Of a DNA stretch of 23,008 bases, positions 9,966 to 18,199 are shown in pieces. Each line of letters opens with the position of its first letter. Within the stretch, counting starts at the first letter, position 1. The DNA lies in the IMG/VR virus record IMGVR_UViG_3300029162_000080; one strand, 5' to 3'. The position numbers and the translations under genes are program-made. The notes under the pieces are model-generated. The model ran no database searches. It was not told the origin of the DNA and saw nothing but the letters and a program-made list of their open reading frames with translations. The stretch is from a virus. Lineage: Duplodnaviria > Heunggongvirae > Uroviricota > Caudoviricetes.

Positions 9966-10273
9966 ATATATTTATGATGAGGACGCTCGTGCTTATTGGC
10001 AGGATTTTCAATCTTAAAGGAGTACTGATGCTGCAGATAAGACTCAACTTTTTCTGACGATTTTTCTGCTACTTCCAGGAAGACTTGCCGGACGCTCCTT
10101 CTGGCTGCTGCCTCATAAAACTCCAGCGCAGCTCCTTCAACACGGTCCATGGCGACATCCAGGTCAAAAATTTCACCGTCAAAGCGTTCTTTGTCCTGTA
10201 AGGCTACAGTTACCGTAACTTTATTCTCAAAATTACGGACTCCTTTCACAACCAGTTCATAGTCTTGAGTCAT
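9962..10273 (-). CDS. Hypothetical protein in lysis cassette (YdfR-like by position and length, 103 aa)
   Basis: ORF between holin and endolysin with ATGA overlap to the endolysin; same position and length as K-12 ydfR. Confidence 0.6.
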   Translation of the reverse strand: MTQDYELVVKGVRNFENKVTVTVALQDKERFDGEIFDLDVAMDRVEGAALEFYEAAARRSVRQVFLEVAEKSSEKVESYLQHQYSFKIENPANKHERPHHKYI

Positions 10274-10277
10274 TGGA

Positions 10278-10493
10278 TTACTCTCCTCTCGCAGCCTTAC
10301 GCCTGTCTTCTTTAATCTTGAAATAAAGATTTGTCAGATACGTCAGCAGGCCAAAAACCAGGCTACCCAGCACACCGATTGCAGCCCACTGTGACGGAGT
10401 TACTTTATCGAGTAACTGCAATGCCCAGAAACCAGCATTACCCGCCGATGTGCCATAGGCAACACCTGTTGTTAACTTATCCATTGATTTCAT
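10278..10493 (-). CDS. Holin, phage 21 S-type pinholin family, dual-start (71 aa)
   Basis: [71 protein letters not shown] resembles S21 pinholin, with the Met1-Lys-Ser-Met4 dual-start motif and two TM helices. GGTGAGGA Shine-Dalgarno upstream. The ORF-track N-terminal extension to 10568 is probably not translated. Confidence 0.85.
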   Translation of the reverse strand: MKSMDKLTTGVAYGTSAGNAGFWALQLLDKVTPSQWAAIGVLGSLVFGLLTYLTNLYFKIKEDRRKAARGE

Positions 10494-10712
10494 ATCCTCA
10501 CCCCGATGTACACGGATGGTGCAATATGTTTGAAAAGATCGGAGTCTACGGGGTAGTTTTGACAGCACACGCTGTTCTCAACGGCGCTAAAGAAACATAC
10601 ACATTAAAAATGTGAGTAATTATTTTGAAAGAAAGTCATATATAAAATAATAATACGAGAAATGTTTTCATATTTAGTGTACTGTATACGGCCATTTATA
10701 CAGGAAAAGCCT

Positions 10713-10883
10713 ATGTCAGAACGTAAAGACTCAAAATCACGCCGTAATTATCTCGTTAAATGTTCCTGCCCAAACTGCACCCAAGAGTCAGAACACAGTT
10801 TTTCAAGAGTACAAAAAGGTGCCCTTTTGATCTGCCCTCATTGCAACAAAGTATTCCAGACAAATCTTAAAGCTGTAGCCTGA
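10713..10883 (+). CDS. Small zinc-ribbon protein (hypothetical, 56 aa)
   Basis: Two CxxC pairs (CSCPNC … CPHCNK). AGGA about 9 nt upstream of the ATG at 10713. Oriented against the late operon (moron-like) and followed by a hairpin. Confidence 0.45.
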   Translation: MSERKDSKSRRNYLVKCSCPNCTQESEHSFSRVQKGALLICPHCNKVFQTNLKAVA

Positions 10884-10930
10884 TTGATTTTATTAGTAAC
10901 AAGTATTTTTTATATTTTAATAATATATTT

Positions 10931-10955
10931 AAAGCAGATAATAAAAAACCCGCCT
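10931..10955 (-). terminator. Rho-independent terminator (minus-strand reading; hairpin usable from both strands)
   Basis: Stem AAACCCGC / GCGGGTTT with loop CTGA; on the minus strand it is followed by TTTTTTAT. Confidence 0.6.
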
Positions 10956-11246
10956 GAGCGGGTTTGAGATTGTGGTGCTTTTTGTGGGAGTCATCCACTT
11001 ACGCACTTTGTTTTGCCATGCCAGCAGTTAGCTTCTGCTGTAAAACTATTCATGCAGCAAACCTGCACTTCACCACAATGGTTAGCATACTTTTCCTGAT
11101 TAAGATTTTGCCAAATATGCTGGCCATTGTTTCATGTATTGGACCTCCTTAATTTTTATTAAAGAAATCCAATATTCACTACTCTGTCCGTATCTCTACT
11201 CAGGCATCAGCCTTCTTCGTTATCGTATACAGACGAGCGATGAATT

Positions 11247-11462
11247 TTAATCAGTAATGATGACATTTGCTGCTGCAGGACCTTTAGCACCACTCTCTAT
11301 AGAGAAGGTAACCTTTTGACCTTCAAATAAGGTTCGATAATTATCATTCTGAATCGCAGAAAAATGCACAAACACATCTTTACTACCATCAACAGGAGAA
11401 ATAAAGCCGAAACCTTTATCAGCGTTAAACCATTTTACTAAACCAGTCATTTTATTTGACAT
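11247..11462 (-). CDS. cspB: Cold shock protein, CspA family (CspB-like)
   Basis: [71 protein letters not shown]; divergent from the adjacent cspF-like gene, as in K-12 Qin. Confidence 0.9.
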   Translation of the reverse strand: MSNKMTGLVKWFNADKGFGFISPVDGSKDVFVHFSAIQNDNYRTLFEGQKVTFSIESGAKGPAAANVIITD

Positions 11463-11762
11463 TCTACATTCCTTAACTTGAGCCTTTCGGCATAAATGGT
11501 TTGCATAACAGAAACGACTTCGTACTTAATTGGAGAGACTCAAAGAAGGAATAAGTGAATAACACCTGAAATGAGAACTGCTTTAGTAAACTACTTCGTA
11601 TATCGTCTGTTCTTCAAACCGACGCAATCATTAACGCATAGTTGAACATATGAAGCAATGTTTATTTTAGACATCCAGCCATCTTCAACCCCATCAAAAA
11701 ACTATAGCTTTCTTCAGGAACGTGTGTATAGTGCGCCAAGTTATCAGTATTAAGGAATTTTT

Positions 11763-11975
11763 TTGTCCCGTAAAATGACAGGAATTGTCAAAACCTTTGA
11801 CGGCAAAAGCGGCAAGGGTCTTATCACCCCATCCGATGGTCGTATCGATGTCCAGCTTCATGTTTCAGCGCTCAATCTCCGCGATGCAGAAGAAATTACC
11901 ACCGGATTACGCGTGGAATTTTGCCGGATAAATGGTCTGCGTGGCCCTTCAGCTGCCAATGTTTACCTTTCATGA
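11763..11975 (+). CDS. cspF: Cold shock protein homolog, divergent CspF/CspH type
   Basis: [70 protein letters not shown]. The annotated start is a TTG; an in-frame ATG follows at 11775. Confidence 0.85.
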
Positions 11976-12266
11976 GCTATATTAAAGCTTTAATTTCAGG
12001 CCCCATCGGATCACACATGGAGAGTTTTTATGAATAACCCCGTCTGTCTTGATGACTGGTTGATTGGCTTTAAAAGCTTATGCTGTACTTTGGCCGTAAT
12101 AGCTCTGCTAATAATATAATAAGCAGACTCATTGTGTTTAGGGACATTGTACTGGAAGAAAACATTTTAAACATCAGGCAAATAACCAAGTCACCAGCTA
12201 AATAATAAGTTAACAGACATGAGTCCCGGGATGAGATTCAACATTACCATTGCCCCATTTAAAGCA

Positions 12267-12300
12267 CAAAAACCCGCTTATAAGCGGGTTTTCTACTTTT
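12267..12300. terminator. Bidirectional rho-independent terminator (perfect 24-nt palindrome), candidate tR' for the late transcript and terminator for cspF
   Basis: AAAACCCGCTTATAAGCGGGTTTT is self-complementary; T-rich tracts follow on the plus strand (TCTACTTTTTTTC) and U-rich sequence follows on the minus strand. Confidence 0.7.
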
Positions 12301-12323
12301 TTCTAAACATCGGATACACAAAG

Positions 12324-12368
12324 CCCATCGTTGAGAAAATCTTATCCATGTTTTTTGAAAAATGCAAA
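12324..12368 (-). promoter_or_regulatory. Late promoter pR'-like with qut-like element downstream of Q
   Basis: Minus-strand reading TTTGCA, 18-nt spacer, TAAGAT, then 5 nt and CAACGATGGG, which parallels lambda pR' (…TAAATT tgact CAACGATGGG…) as recalled. Lies between the Q stop and the palindromic terminator. Confidence 0.5.
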
Positions 12369-12398
12369 CATCATGTCGCCATCTTCAGCAAAAATCAT

Positions 12399-13151
12399 TT
12401 ATCTCGTCACCTTCCTCAATTGCGCTTCCGCGTATGCTTCTTCCTGCCAGCACTTTGTTACCAGTTTACCAATGACGTCCGCATACCCCTTATACCACTG
12501 ATAATCGGTCAGGTCTGGTACCAGCTTCTGGACATGACGTCGTGCCAGCGTGGTCGGTAAACGACTAAACCGGTTTCCATTACAACGCCCACAAATCTTA
12601 TATACCGGTACGCCATGAAACCGGGTTCTTTTTTCATCCAGAACAATCCCTTTACCCTTACACCCTCTGCACGCTGTGCTGACTTCGCCCTTACCATGGC
12701 AATGCTGATATAGTTCCTTCACCCATTCTTCCTTGATTACAGATTCCCCGCGTCTGTAGTGTTTCACCACTTCGCGCAATACATTATAAAATCCCGTACC
12801 TGAACAATGCTCACAGCGAGCCTTACTTGCCGCAGACCTGGAGTAATCAGCAAAGGCAAAATTCACGAGGTAAGGAATAATCTGTAACCGGATTTCTTCA
12901 CTCAATTTGTTCAATGTCGGGTTATCCAGTGCCATCGCGTAATTTAGCAGGCCTTCAATCGCAAACTGAGCGTCCTGAACACCAACTTTTGCCAGAAATA
13001 AGGCCAACCCAAGTGGTGCTTTCGACTGCACCATCCCCTGCGCTGCCATTACATCCGTAATTGTTAAACAACCGGTGCCTGTCGCTGGAGCGTCATCGCT
13101 CAATTTTGGAGATTTTGGGGAGTAATATTTTGGTAAGGCTTCAAGGTTCAT
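12399..13151 (-). CDS. Late-gene antiterminator Q (phage 82/21-type; QuuQ-like, 250 aa)
   Basis: Cys-rich zinc-binding segments (CEHCSGTGF, CRGCKGKG, CGRCNGN). Immediately upstream of the pR'-like promoter, terminator and lysis genes. Start taken at MNLEALPKYY (ORF track extends to 13181). Confidence 0.75.
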   Translation of the reverse strand: MNLEALPKYYSPKSPKLSDDAPATGTGCLTITDVMAAQGMVQSKAPLGLALFLAKVGVQDAQFAIEGLLNYAMALDNPTLNKLSEEIRLQIIPYLVNFAFADYSRSAASKARCEHCSGTGFYNVLREVVKHYRRGESVIKEEWVKELYQHCHGKGEVSTACRGCKGKGIVLDEKRTRFHGVPVYKICGRCNGNRFSRLPTTLARRHVQKLVPDLTDYQWYKGYADVIGKLVTKCWQEEAYAEAQLRKVTR

Positions 13152-13164
13152 GCTCGTTCTCCAC

Positions 13165-14214
13165 TTACGCCAGTACGCCAATTGCCAGCGCGCGATCGAT
13201 AAAACGAAATATCAGCTCCAGTTGGGAGCCATACTTCTCTTCAAATGCTACTGTATCCGTATGCAGCTCGTTGTGATGCTTTCTGCACAAAGGCAACACA
13301 AAGAGATCATGTGCTTTTGTTCCCATTCCGCCCTGCCCGTGACCAATCAGATGATGCGGATCGTCGGCTGGCATACCGCAGCAAGCACACGGCTGTGTCT
13401 TAACCCAACGTGTGTATTTCTCCTTAACCCAGCGGCGACGTTTAGGCAGCTTCATGAAAGATTCCGGAGTCTCTGGATCAACGGTGATGCTTACCACCGT
13501 CTTTTCCTGTGGTGTTTTTTGTTGCTGGTGGGCGTAAGGCAACGGTGCAAGATTTTTTGTGCGTTGTTTCAATATGCTGGTGGCGGTCTGCTCTCCCGGT
13601 ACGATGTCGCTTTCGCGGTACACCGAGCAGATTTTTTCCGCTGGTAATCCCAGCGAACGACGCGATACAGCCTCAGGTAGTGCATCCACCACCTGATTGC
13701 AGACCGCCCACCAGGATAATTCAGCCAAAGATAATTCCCGCTCCTGCGTACCGCTTATTGCGTGACGGATGACGTCAATCATCCATGCTGACAAGTTTTG
13801 GTGAGCAAGTTGCTCAAGTGATTCGGAGGTCTGGTCACGCAACTGGTTGTCGCAGTACCAGCACAACACCATTGCGCCGGTACCATAACGGTGAATGACG
13901 GTTTCACTGTGGTGATAATCGCCGTGTGGCCACTGGCAGGATTTAATATGGCGCAACAGCCAGTCAGACAATGCACCAGCACCACCAGCAGCACGAATCA
14001 CCCGTGCGTTACTGAAAAACGGCAGCAATGTTTTGTCTTCCACCAGCGGCTGGCGAACGGCAGGAACGACCCCGGACGGCAGATTACGCATGCTTTTCGG
14101 TTCCGGCTCCACCAGTACCCGGGTATTGTGGAATACCGGCATGGATTCACGGCCCGGCTTAACGATCACCAGCCCGAGTTCCGGTACCAGAACAGGTCGA
14201 AGTAATACCCGCAC
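13165..14214 (-). CDS. YdfU-like protein (349 aa) with C-terminal HNH-like Cys/His motif
   Basis: Same length and position as K-12 ydfU (upstream of Q). C-terminal CACCGMPADDPHHLIGHG … CRKHHNELH resembles an HNH/zinc-binding motif. Confidence 0.6.
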   Translation of the reverse strand: MRVLLRPVLVPELGLVIVKPGRESMPVFHNTRVLVEPEPKSMRNLPSGVVPAVRQPLVEDKTLLPFFSNARVIRAAGGAGALSDWLLRHIKSCQWPHGDYHHSETVIHRYGTGAMVLCWYCDNQLRDQTSESLEQLAHQNLSAWMIDVIRHAISGTQERELSLAELSWWAVCNQVVDALPEAVSRRSLGLPAEKICSVYRESDIVPGEQTATSILKQRTKNLAPLPYAHQQQKTPQEKTVVSITVDPETPESFMKLPKRRRWVKEKYTRWVKTQPCACCGMPADDPHHLIGHGQGGMGTKAHDLFVLPLCRKHHNELHTDTVAFEEKYGSQLELIFRFIDRALAIGVLA

Positions 14215-14215
14215 G

Positions 14216-14494
14216 TTACCTCCAGATCCGTTGCTGGTATGTGCGGGATGAACGCGGTGGGCGTTCGGAGTAAGGGAGTCTGACTGAGATTATCCAGTGA
14301 CGGTAGTCGAGGCTAAGAGCTTTCTTAACCTCGTATCCGCGCCTGCGGTAACACTGAATTATCCATTCCGCCTGCTCTTCAGTGCATGGAGGATGCTGGA
14401 ACCAGTCTGATTTGAATGCGTGAAAACGCCGTCCGCACCTACTGGCAAAGACGGCAGAATCATTAGAATTGTGTAATTTGGTATCGTGCGCCAT
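14216..14494 (-). CDS. Hypothetical protein (92 aa; occupies the rem position between hokD and the ydfU-like gene)
   Basis: ORF MAHDTKLHNS… tightly packed (1-nt gap) with the downstream ydfU-like gene. The upstream part of the ORF-track entry (to 14623) overlaps the hokD terminator and is unlikely to be coding. Confidence 0.5.
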   Translation of the reverse strand: MAHDTKLHNSNDSAVFASRCGRRFHAFKSDWFQHPPCTEEQAEWIIQCYRRRGYEVKKALSLDYRHWIISVRLPYSERPPRSSRTYQQRIWR

Positions 14495-14562
14495 CGGTTG
14501 TCTCTGCTGGCGCAGCAGGTGCCAGTTGTTCAGGCTGGCGTGCGAATTGTAAACCAGAATGC

Positions 14563-14593
14563 CAGGAAAAAACAAAACCCGCCGAAGCGGGTT
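14563..14593 (-). terminator. Rho-independent terminator downstream of hokD
   Basis: Stem AACCCGC / GCGGGTT with loop CGAA, followed on the minus strand by TTTTGTTTTTTCC. Confidence 0.75.
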
Positions 14594-14661
14594 ACGTGCG
14601 GGTGCGTTGAGGATGCCTGACACATCAGAGGTGGCGAGGGATTTCTCCCTCGCCGGGTCTC

Positions 14662-14817
14662 TTACTCCTCAGGTTCGTAAGCTGTGAAGACAGCGACCTC
14701 CGTCTGGCCGGTTCGGATTCGTACCTCGCAGAGGTCTTTCCTCGTTACCAGTGCCGTCACTATGACGGTTAAACAGATGACGATCAGGGCGATTAACATC
14801 GCCTTTTGCTGCTTCAT
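14662..14817 (-). CDS. hokD: Hok-family type I toxin (HokD/RelF-like, 51 aa)
   Basis: MKQQKAMLIALIVICLTVIVTALVTRKDLCEVRIRTGQTEVAVFTAYEPEE matches HokD from memory: single TM helix followed by the conserved Hok periplasmic tail. Confidence 0.85.
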   Translation of the reverse strand: MKQQKAMLIALIVICLTVIVTALVTRKDLCEVRIRTGQTEVAVFTAYEPEE

Positions 14818-15856
14818 AGCCTGCTTCTCCTTGCCTTTCGGCACGTAAGAGGCTAACCTAGATTTGCCGTTCATAGATTGAGCCTCAGATTAATGTTAAG
14901 CGTCTTGCAGGACGCGTAATGTTAACTGGGGCTTTTCTCTATCTGCCTTTGGTGTTCATGCCTGAGACAGATAGCCTCAAGCACCCGCAGCCATTCTACT
15001 TAACTCCCGTTACCTCGCCAATATGAAATCAGTCAGAAAGGCGATCCATAAGAACAACAGCAAGGCAATAAATTGCCATTACAGCAGCAATAGCCAGCGC
15101 ACATTTGAGAACCAGCACCACAACCTCCTGTATTGGACGTACACCAGTCCTGATAAATATGAGGCTGTCTCGTCAGTGATTCAATACAACTATTGGGTAT
15201 AGTTTCTGTGATTTTGTTCTGTAGAAATGGAACATAATAACCTGTCACCACCAGCACTTCTTTAAATACGCCAAGTCCGACGCAAGCTAACCTTCTAGCC
15301 CGCTTTGAGCGAAGAACGGACTGAGTAATTCAGGCCGTTAGCGACACTATGACATCATTAGCAACCAACTAGGAGTTGGTAATAGATGAGTTAATTAATT
15401 GATTAAAAACCGACGATTTTACTAGATTACGGGAAGAAGAAAGGCCGCTGGTACGGCCTCCCAGAGACTAGTCTATTGTTATGCTTAGAAACGCTTTTCT
15501 ATCTCTTTTTCTCTTTCGTTTATTGCATCGTCAATGATTTTTTTTTGCTGAATTAATTTGTGGTGTTTTTTCTGGTAATACATCTTCAAGATCTTTGGCA
15601 ATTTTCTTTAATTTATCGATTTCTTTAGTTAAATCAGTTACAGATTTATCCGCTATTGACTTTGTCATTTTTCTATATTCCATTCAATTTATTTATCAAT
15701 CAGTTACCCGTAAACCTTATCATGGATTCCAATTATCGACAGCTGGGATTTTTACTTTCTTGATCTGCCCCAGGCGAATGACATATCCCCATTAACCAAT
15801 GTCCGCTCCTAGCACTTAGTAGACATTAATAGATTGTAAGCGTTCCCGTCATGTAG

Positions 15857-16237
15857 CGGTCACCGATTGGTGATGAATTGAAGCGGATCATTGATGAAAG
15901 TCGCAATAACGTGGCCAGCCCATTTATCGTTCACCAGATCCCGGAACGGCAGGTTAAACGCAGCAAAGAAGTTTCTCATCCCACTCAAGTTGCACCAGAC
16001 TATTTGAGTCGGTCGTTTTCAGCTACGCGTGACAAGCTGGGTTTATATGACAAACGGCCGATGGATGAAAGGCCAACCTTTCACGAAATTCGCGCCTTAG
16101 CAGCACATCTTTTTGATCAGCAGGGCATCGATCCACAAGGACGAATGGCACACAGCGATGCGAAATCAACTAAAATCTACACGCAAAACCATATCGACTG
16201 GGTTGTAGTTCCACATGGAGAAATTAAAGCCAGCTAG
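15857..16237 (+). pseudogene. Tyrosine integrase 3' fragment (C-terminal ~125 codons only; intK-like remnant)
   Basis: The frame opens immediately after a stop codon and aligns with the lambda Int C-terminus (…TFHEIRALAAHLFDQQGIDP…AHSDAKSTKIYTQ… versus lambda …TFHELRSLSARLYEKQ…GHKSDTMASQY…). No N-terminal or central catalytic domain upstream. Confidence 0.7.
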
Positions 16238-16342
16238 CACCAAGTAAGGCATAGAATTTTATTAACCAAGGAGCATATGACCAGTAATTAATTCTTACCG
16301 GAAAGTTAGCCCTGCTAAAATTAATATTAACAAATAAAAAAA

Positions 16343-16375
16343 TAGGGGCAAATATTTATATTTGCCCTCGCAACA
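16343..16375 (-). terminator. Rho-independent terminator ending the nucleotidyltransferase/2-TM operon
   Basis: Stem GGGCAAATA / TATTTGCCC immediately after the TAA stop at 16379-16381, followed on the minus strand by CTATTTTTTTATT. Confidence 0.7.
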
Positions 16376-16378
16376 TAT

Positions 16379-16960
16379 TTATCTTCTTTTCAGTTCCTTG
16401 GGAAGAAAAGCATCTATTTCTTCTTCAGAAAATGTTAAATCTTCTTTGTTTTTTAATGCGTCCTGTGCTTTTTTATAAGCTTCAAATGTTGTACTAGGAG
16501 AGCCTGAATACACTGAATGTAAACTCTCGAGTAACGAATCCCGCTCTGACTGCAATTGCTCGATTGGTTTTTCACCCATTGCTAAGTCTGTAAGCAATGA
16601 TAAATACTTTTCTCGGATTAACCAGATCTCATTTGCAGCCTGCTTATGTTTTTGCGCCAACTCACCAAGGTCATAATCTTTGGTATAAGCGTTAAGAATG
16701 AGAAGCAGTGTTGATACAACAATCCCAACCCCCGTGCCTACTTCACCCGCGCCGAAAAAAGTTGCTAGAAAGCCTCCAGTAGTTAAGGCGGAGAGAATTA
16801 TTTGCCAAAACTTTATAGAAGATAGTCGAGATAGGAGAATGTCTGAGCATTTTTCATGCGTCTTATGTGAGTAAACGACCCGACCATAACACTCTCTGAT
16901 CTGCCCTTCTAAAACCCTTCTAGATTCAGGTGTATCCTTAGTCTGGAAATGTTGATCCAT
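16379..16960 (-). CDS. Two-TM membrane protein, SLATT-like predicted effector (about 193 aa)
   Basis: Two adjacent hydrophobic helices (IKFWQIILSALTTGGFLATFF and GTGVGIVVSTLLLILNAY) followed by a charged helical C-terminal region. Start taken at the ATG at 16960 with a GGAG Shine-Dalgarno; the longer ORF-track start is 17017. Overlaps the upstream nucleotidyltransferase gene, suggesting translational coupling. Confidence 0.6.
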   Translation of the reverse strand: MDQHFQTKDTPESRRVLEGQIRECYGRVVYSHKTHEKCSDILLSRLSSIKFWQIILSALTTGGFLATFFGAGEVGTGVGIVVSTLLLILNAYTKDYDLGELAQKHKQAANEIWLIREKYLSLLTDLAMGEKPIEQLQSERDSLLESLHSVYSGSPSTTFEAYKKAQDALKNKEDLTFSEEEIDAFLPKELKRR

Positions 16961-17819
16961 AAATCTCCCGCCATTTTTGCTTAGCCGACCATTCGCGTTT
17001 TGGGGTCGCCATTTCATGCTCTATAGCTTCGAGTGAAATGTTATAGCACCGTTTTGCTTTATATTGGAAAAGCCCTTTACCATAGACATACTGACCACTT
17101 CCTGGCGCTTTCCAATACTCCTTACTCGTATCTTGATCAGCCATCCATTTGAAGAAATCACGACTCATGAAATCGTAGTAAAGATACGACTTATCTCTAT
17201 GCGCCCAATTTTCAATGAATTGATACGCAAGCGTATCAATGAGTAAACCACTTATAGGTACATCCCATTTACGCTTCCAAGCTCTTGCCATTCTACAAAG
17301 TTGCACCAAATTGTTATTGGTAATATTATTTCTTAACCTCATTGCAGAAATTTCTGGCTTTGGATTTGTAATCCTCCAACGGCCACCACCGTTCGCATCA
17401 GGAAATGTGTAACTATCACTAACATTGAGGAAAGCTGGAACGACTTCAAATGTAATTCCATCATTGAACGGTACAAGGATCACTTGACCGTCACCTCTAA
17501 TACTAGTGGTAGCATAGGTTTTTTCAATAGATCTCTTAACCGCTTGAAGCAATGCTGACTGCCCATTTCCTAAGTAGCTATTGTATTTTTGATACTCGGA
17601 ATATGGTAGCTGAAAAATCATATCCAGATCGCTCAAGCCTTGCGTAGCTGTGTTCCGACCATATGATCCAACGTAGAGACTATGAGAAGTATCAGAACTG
17701 CTATCCCAAAAATCCGTATTTAAACGCTTCGTTATATTCCTATATCTAGTTGAAATTGTTCCACCATCTTTTACAGTAAGATTGGAGCAAAATCCGCAAA
17801 ACCACTCAGCTAAACCCAT
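16938..17819 (-). CDS. cGAS/DncV-like nucleotidyltransferase (CD-NTase / SMODS-type), about 293 aa
   Basis: Nucleotidyltransferase signature …YVGSYGRNTATQGLSDLDMIF… (GS-x11-DxD) with further acidic residues downstream (FNDGITFEVVP). AAGGAA Shine-Dalgarno before the ATG at 17819. AT-rich coding sequence relative to the flanking phage genes, by eye. Confidence 0.65.
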   Translation of the reverse strand: MGLAEWFCGFCSNLTVKDGGTISTRYRNITKRLNTDFWDSSSDTSHSLYVGSYGRNTATQGLSDLDMIFQLPYSEYQKYNSYLGNGQSALLQAVKRSIEKTYATTSIRGDGQVILVPFNDGITFEVVPAFLNVSDSYTFPDANGGGRWRITNPKPEISAMRLRNNITNNNLVQLCRMARAWKRKWDVPISGLLIDTLAYQFIENWAHRDKSYLYYDFMSRDFFKWMADQDTSKEYWKAPGSGQYVYGKGLFQYKAKRCYNISLEAIEHEMATPKREWSAKQKWREIYGSTFPD

Positions 17820-18173
17820 GCTCAATTCCTTTTCTAAAATCTAATGAAAAATTCAAGGGCGCATGTTCCATGCATCATTGATAACTTTTTTCAGTCAGCT
17901 AGAGCAACATAATTGATACTAACTAGCTGTTTCTTCAAGTGAGTAACCTACTTTAGCATCAAGGTATTATACCTACCAAGCATGGGGAGAAACCACCACT
18001 TAAGCCATTGAAGTATATAGAGCAGATTTTGTTGAAAAAGCACTGTTTGTTTATACATATGAATAGTGCTTTTAACCAGCAATAGCGCGGCTCTCAGCGT
18101 TTTACAAGCAGTGTCATGGGGTGTCGGGGATCGGAAGTTCAAATCCTCTCGTGCCGACCCAAAAGATTATATA

Positions 18174-18199
18174 AACCAGCCTGTTATTGCTGGTTTTTT
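18174..18199 (+). terminator. Rho-independent terminator on the plus strand with no annotated upstream plus-strand ORF
   Basis: Stem AACCAGC / GCTGGTT with an 8-nt loop, followed by TTTTTTA. Confidence 0.5.

Noticed and set aside
12219-12560. Plus-strand 113-aa ORF spanning the palindromic terminator and the 3' end of Q
   Set aside because: It reads through a strong terminator hairpin and is antisense to the Q gene; treated as spurious.
15033-15257. Cys-rich 74-aa minus-strand ORF upstream of hokD
   Set aside because: Low-complexity composition (runs of C/G/S from gcagcagca-type sequence), no recognisable family, and it lies in an ORF-poor interval; a real small Cys-rich protein cannot be excluded without conservation data.
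14875-15857. Expected relB/relE genes upstream of hokD (as in K-12 Qin)
   Set aside because: No ORF in either frame resembles RelE or RelB as recalled; no ORF of at least 60 aa other than the Cys-rich one is present.
18133-18160. Possible intact tRNA gene (GTTCAAATCC T-loop-like motif)
   Set aside because: No 5' acceptor strand, D-arm or anticodon arm can be paired, and the base before the T-loop is A rather than the conserved G. Kept only as a possible degenerate att/tRNA remnant in the findings.
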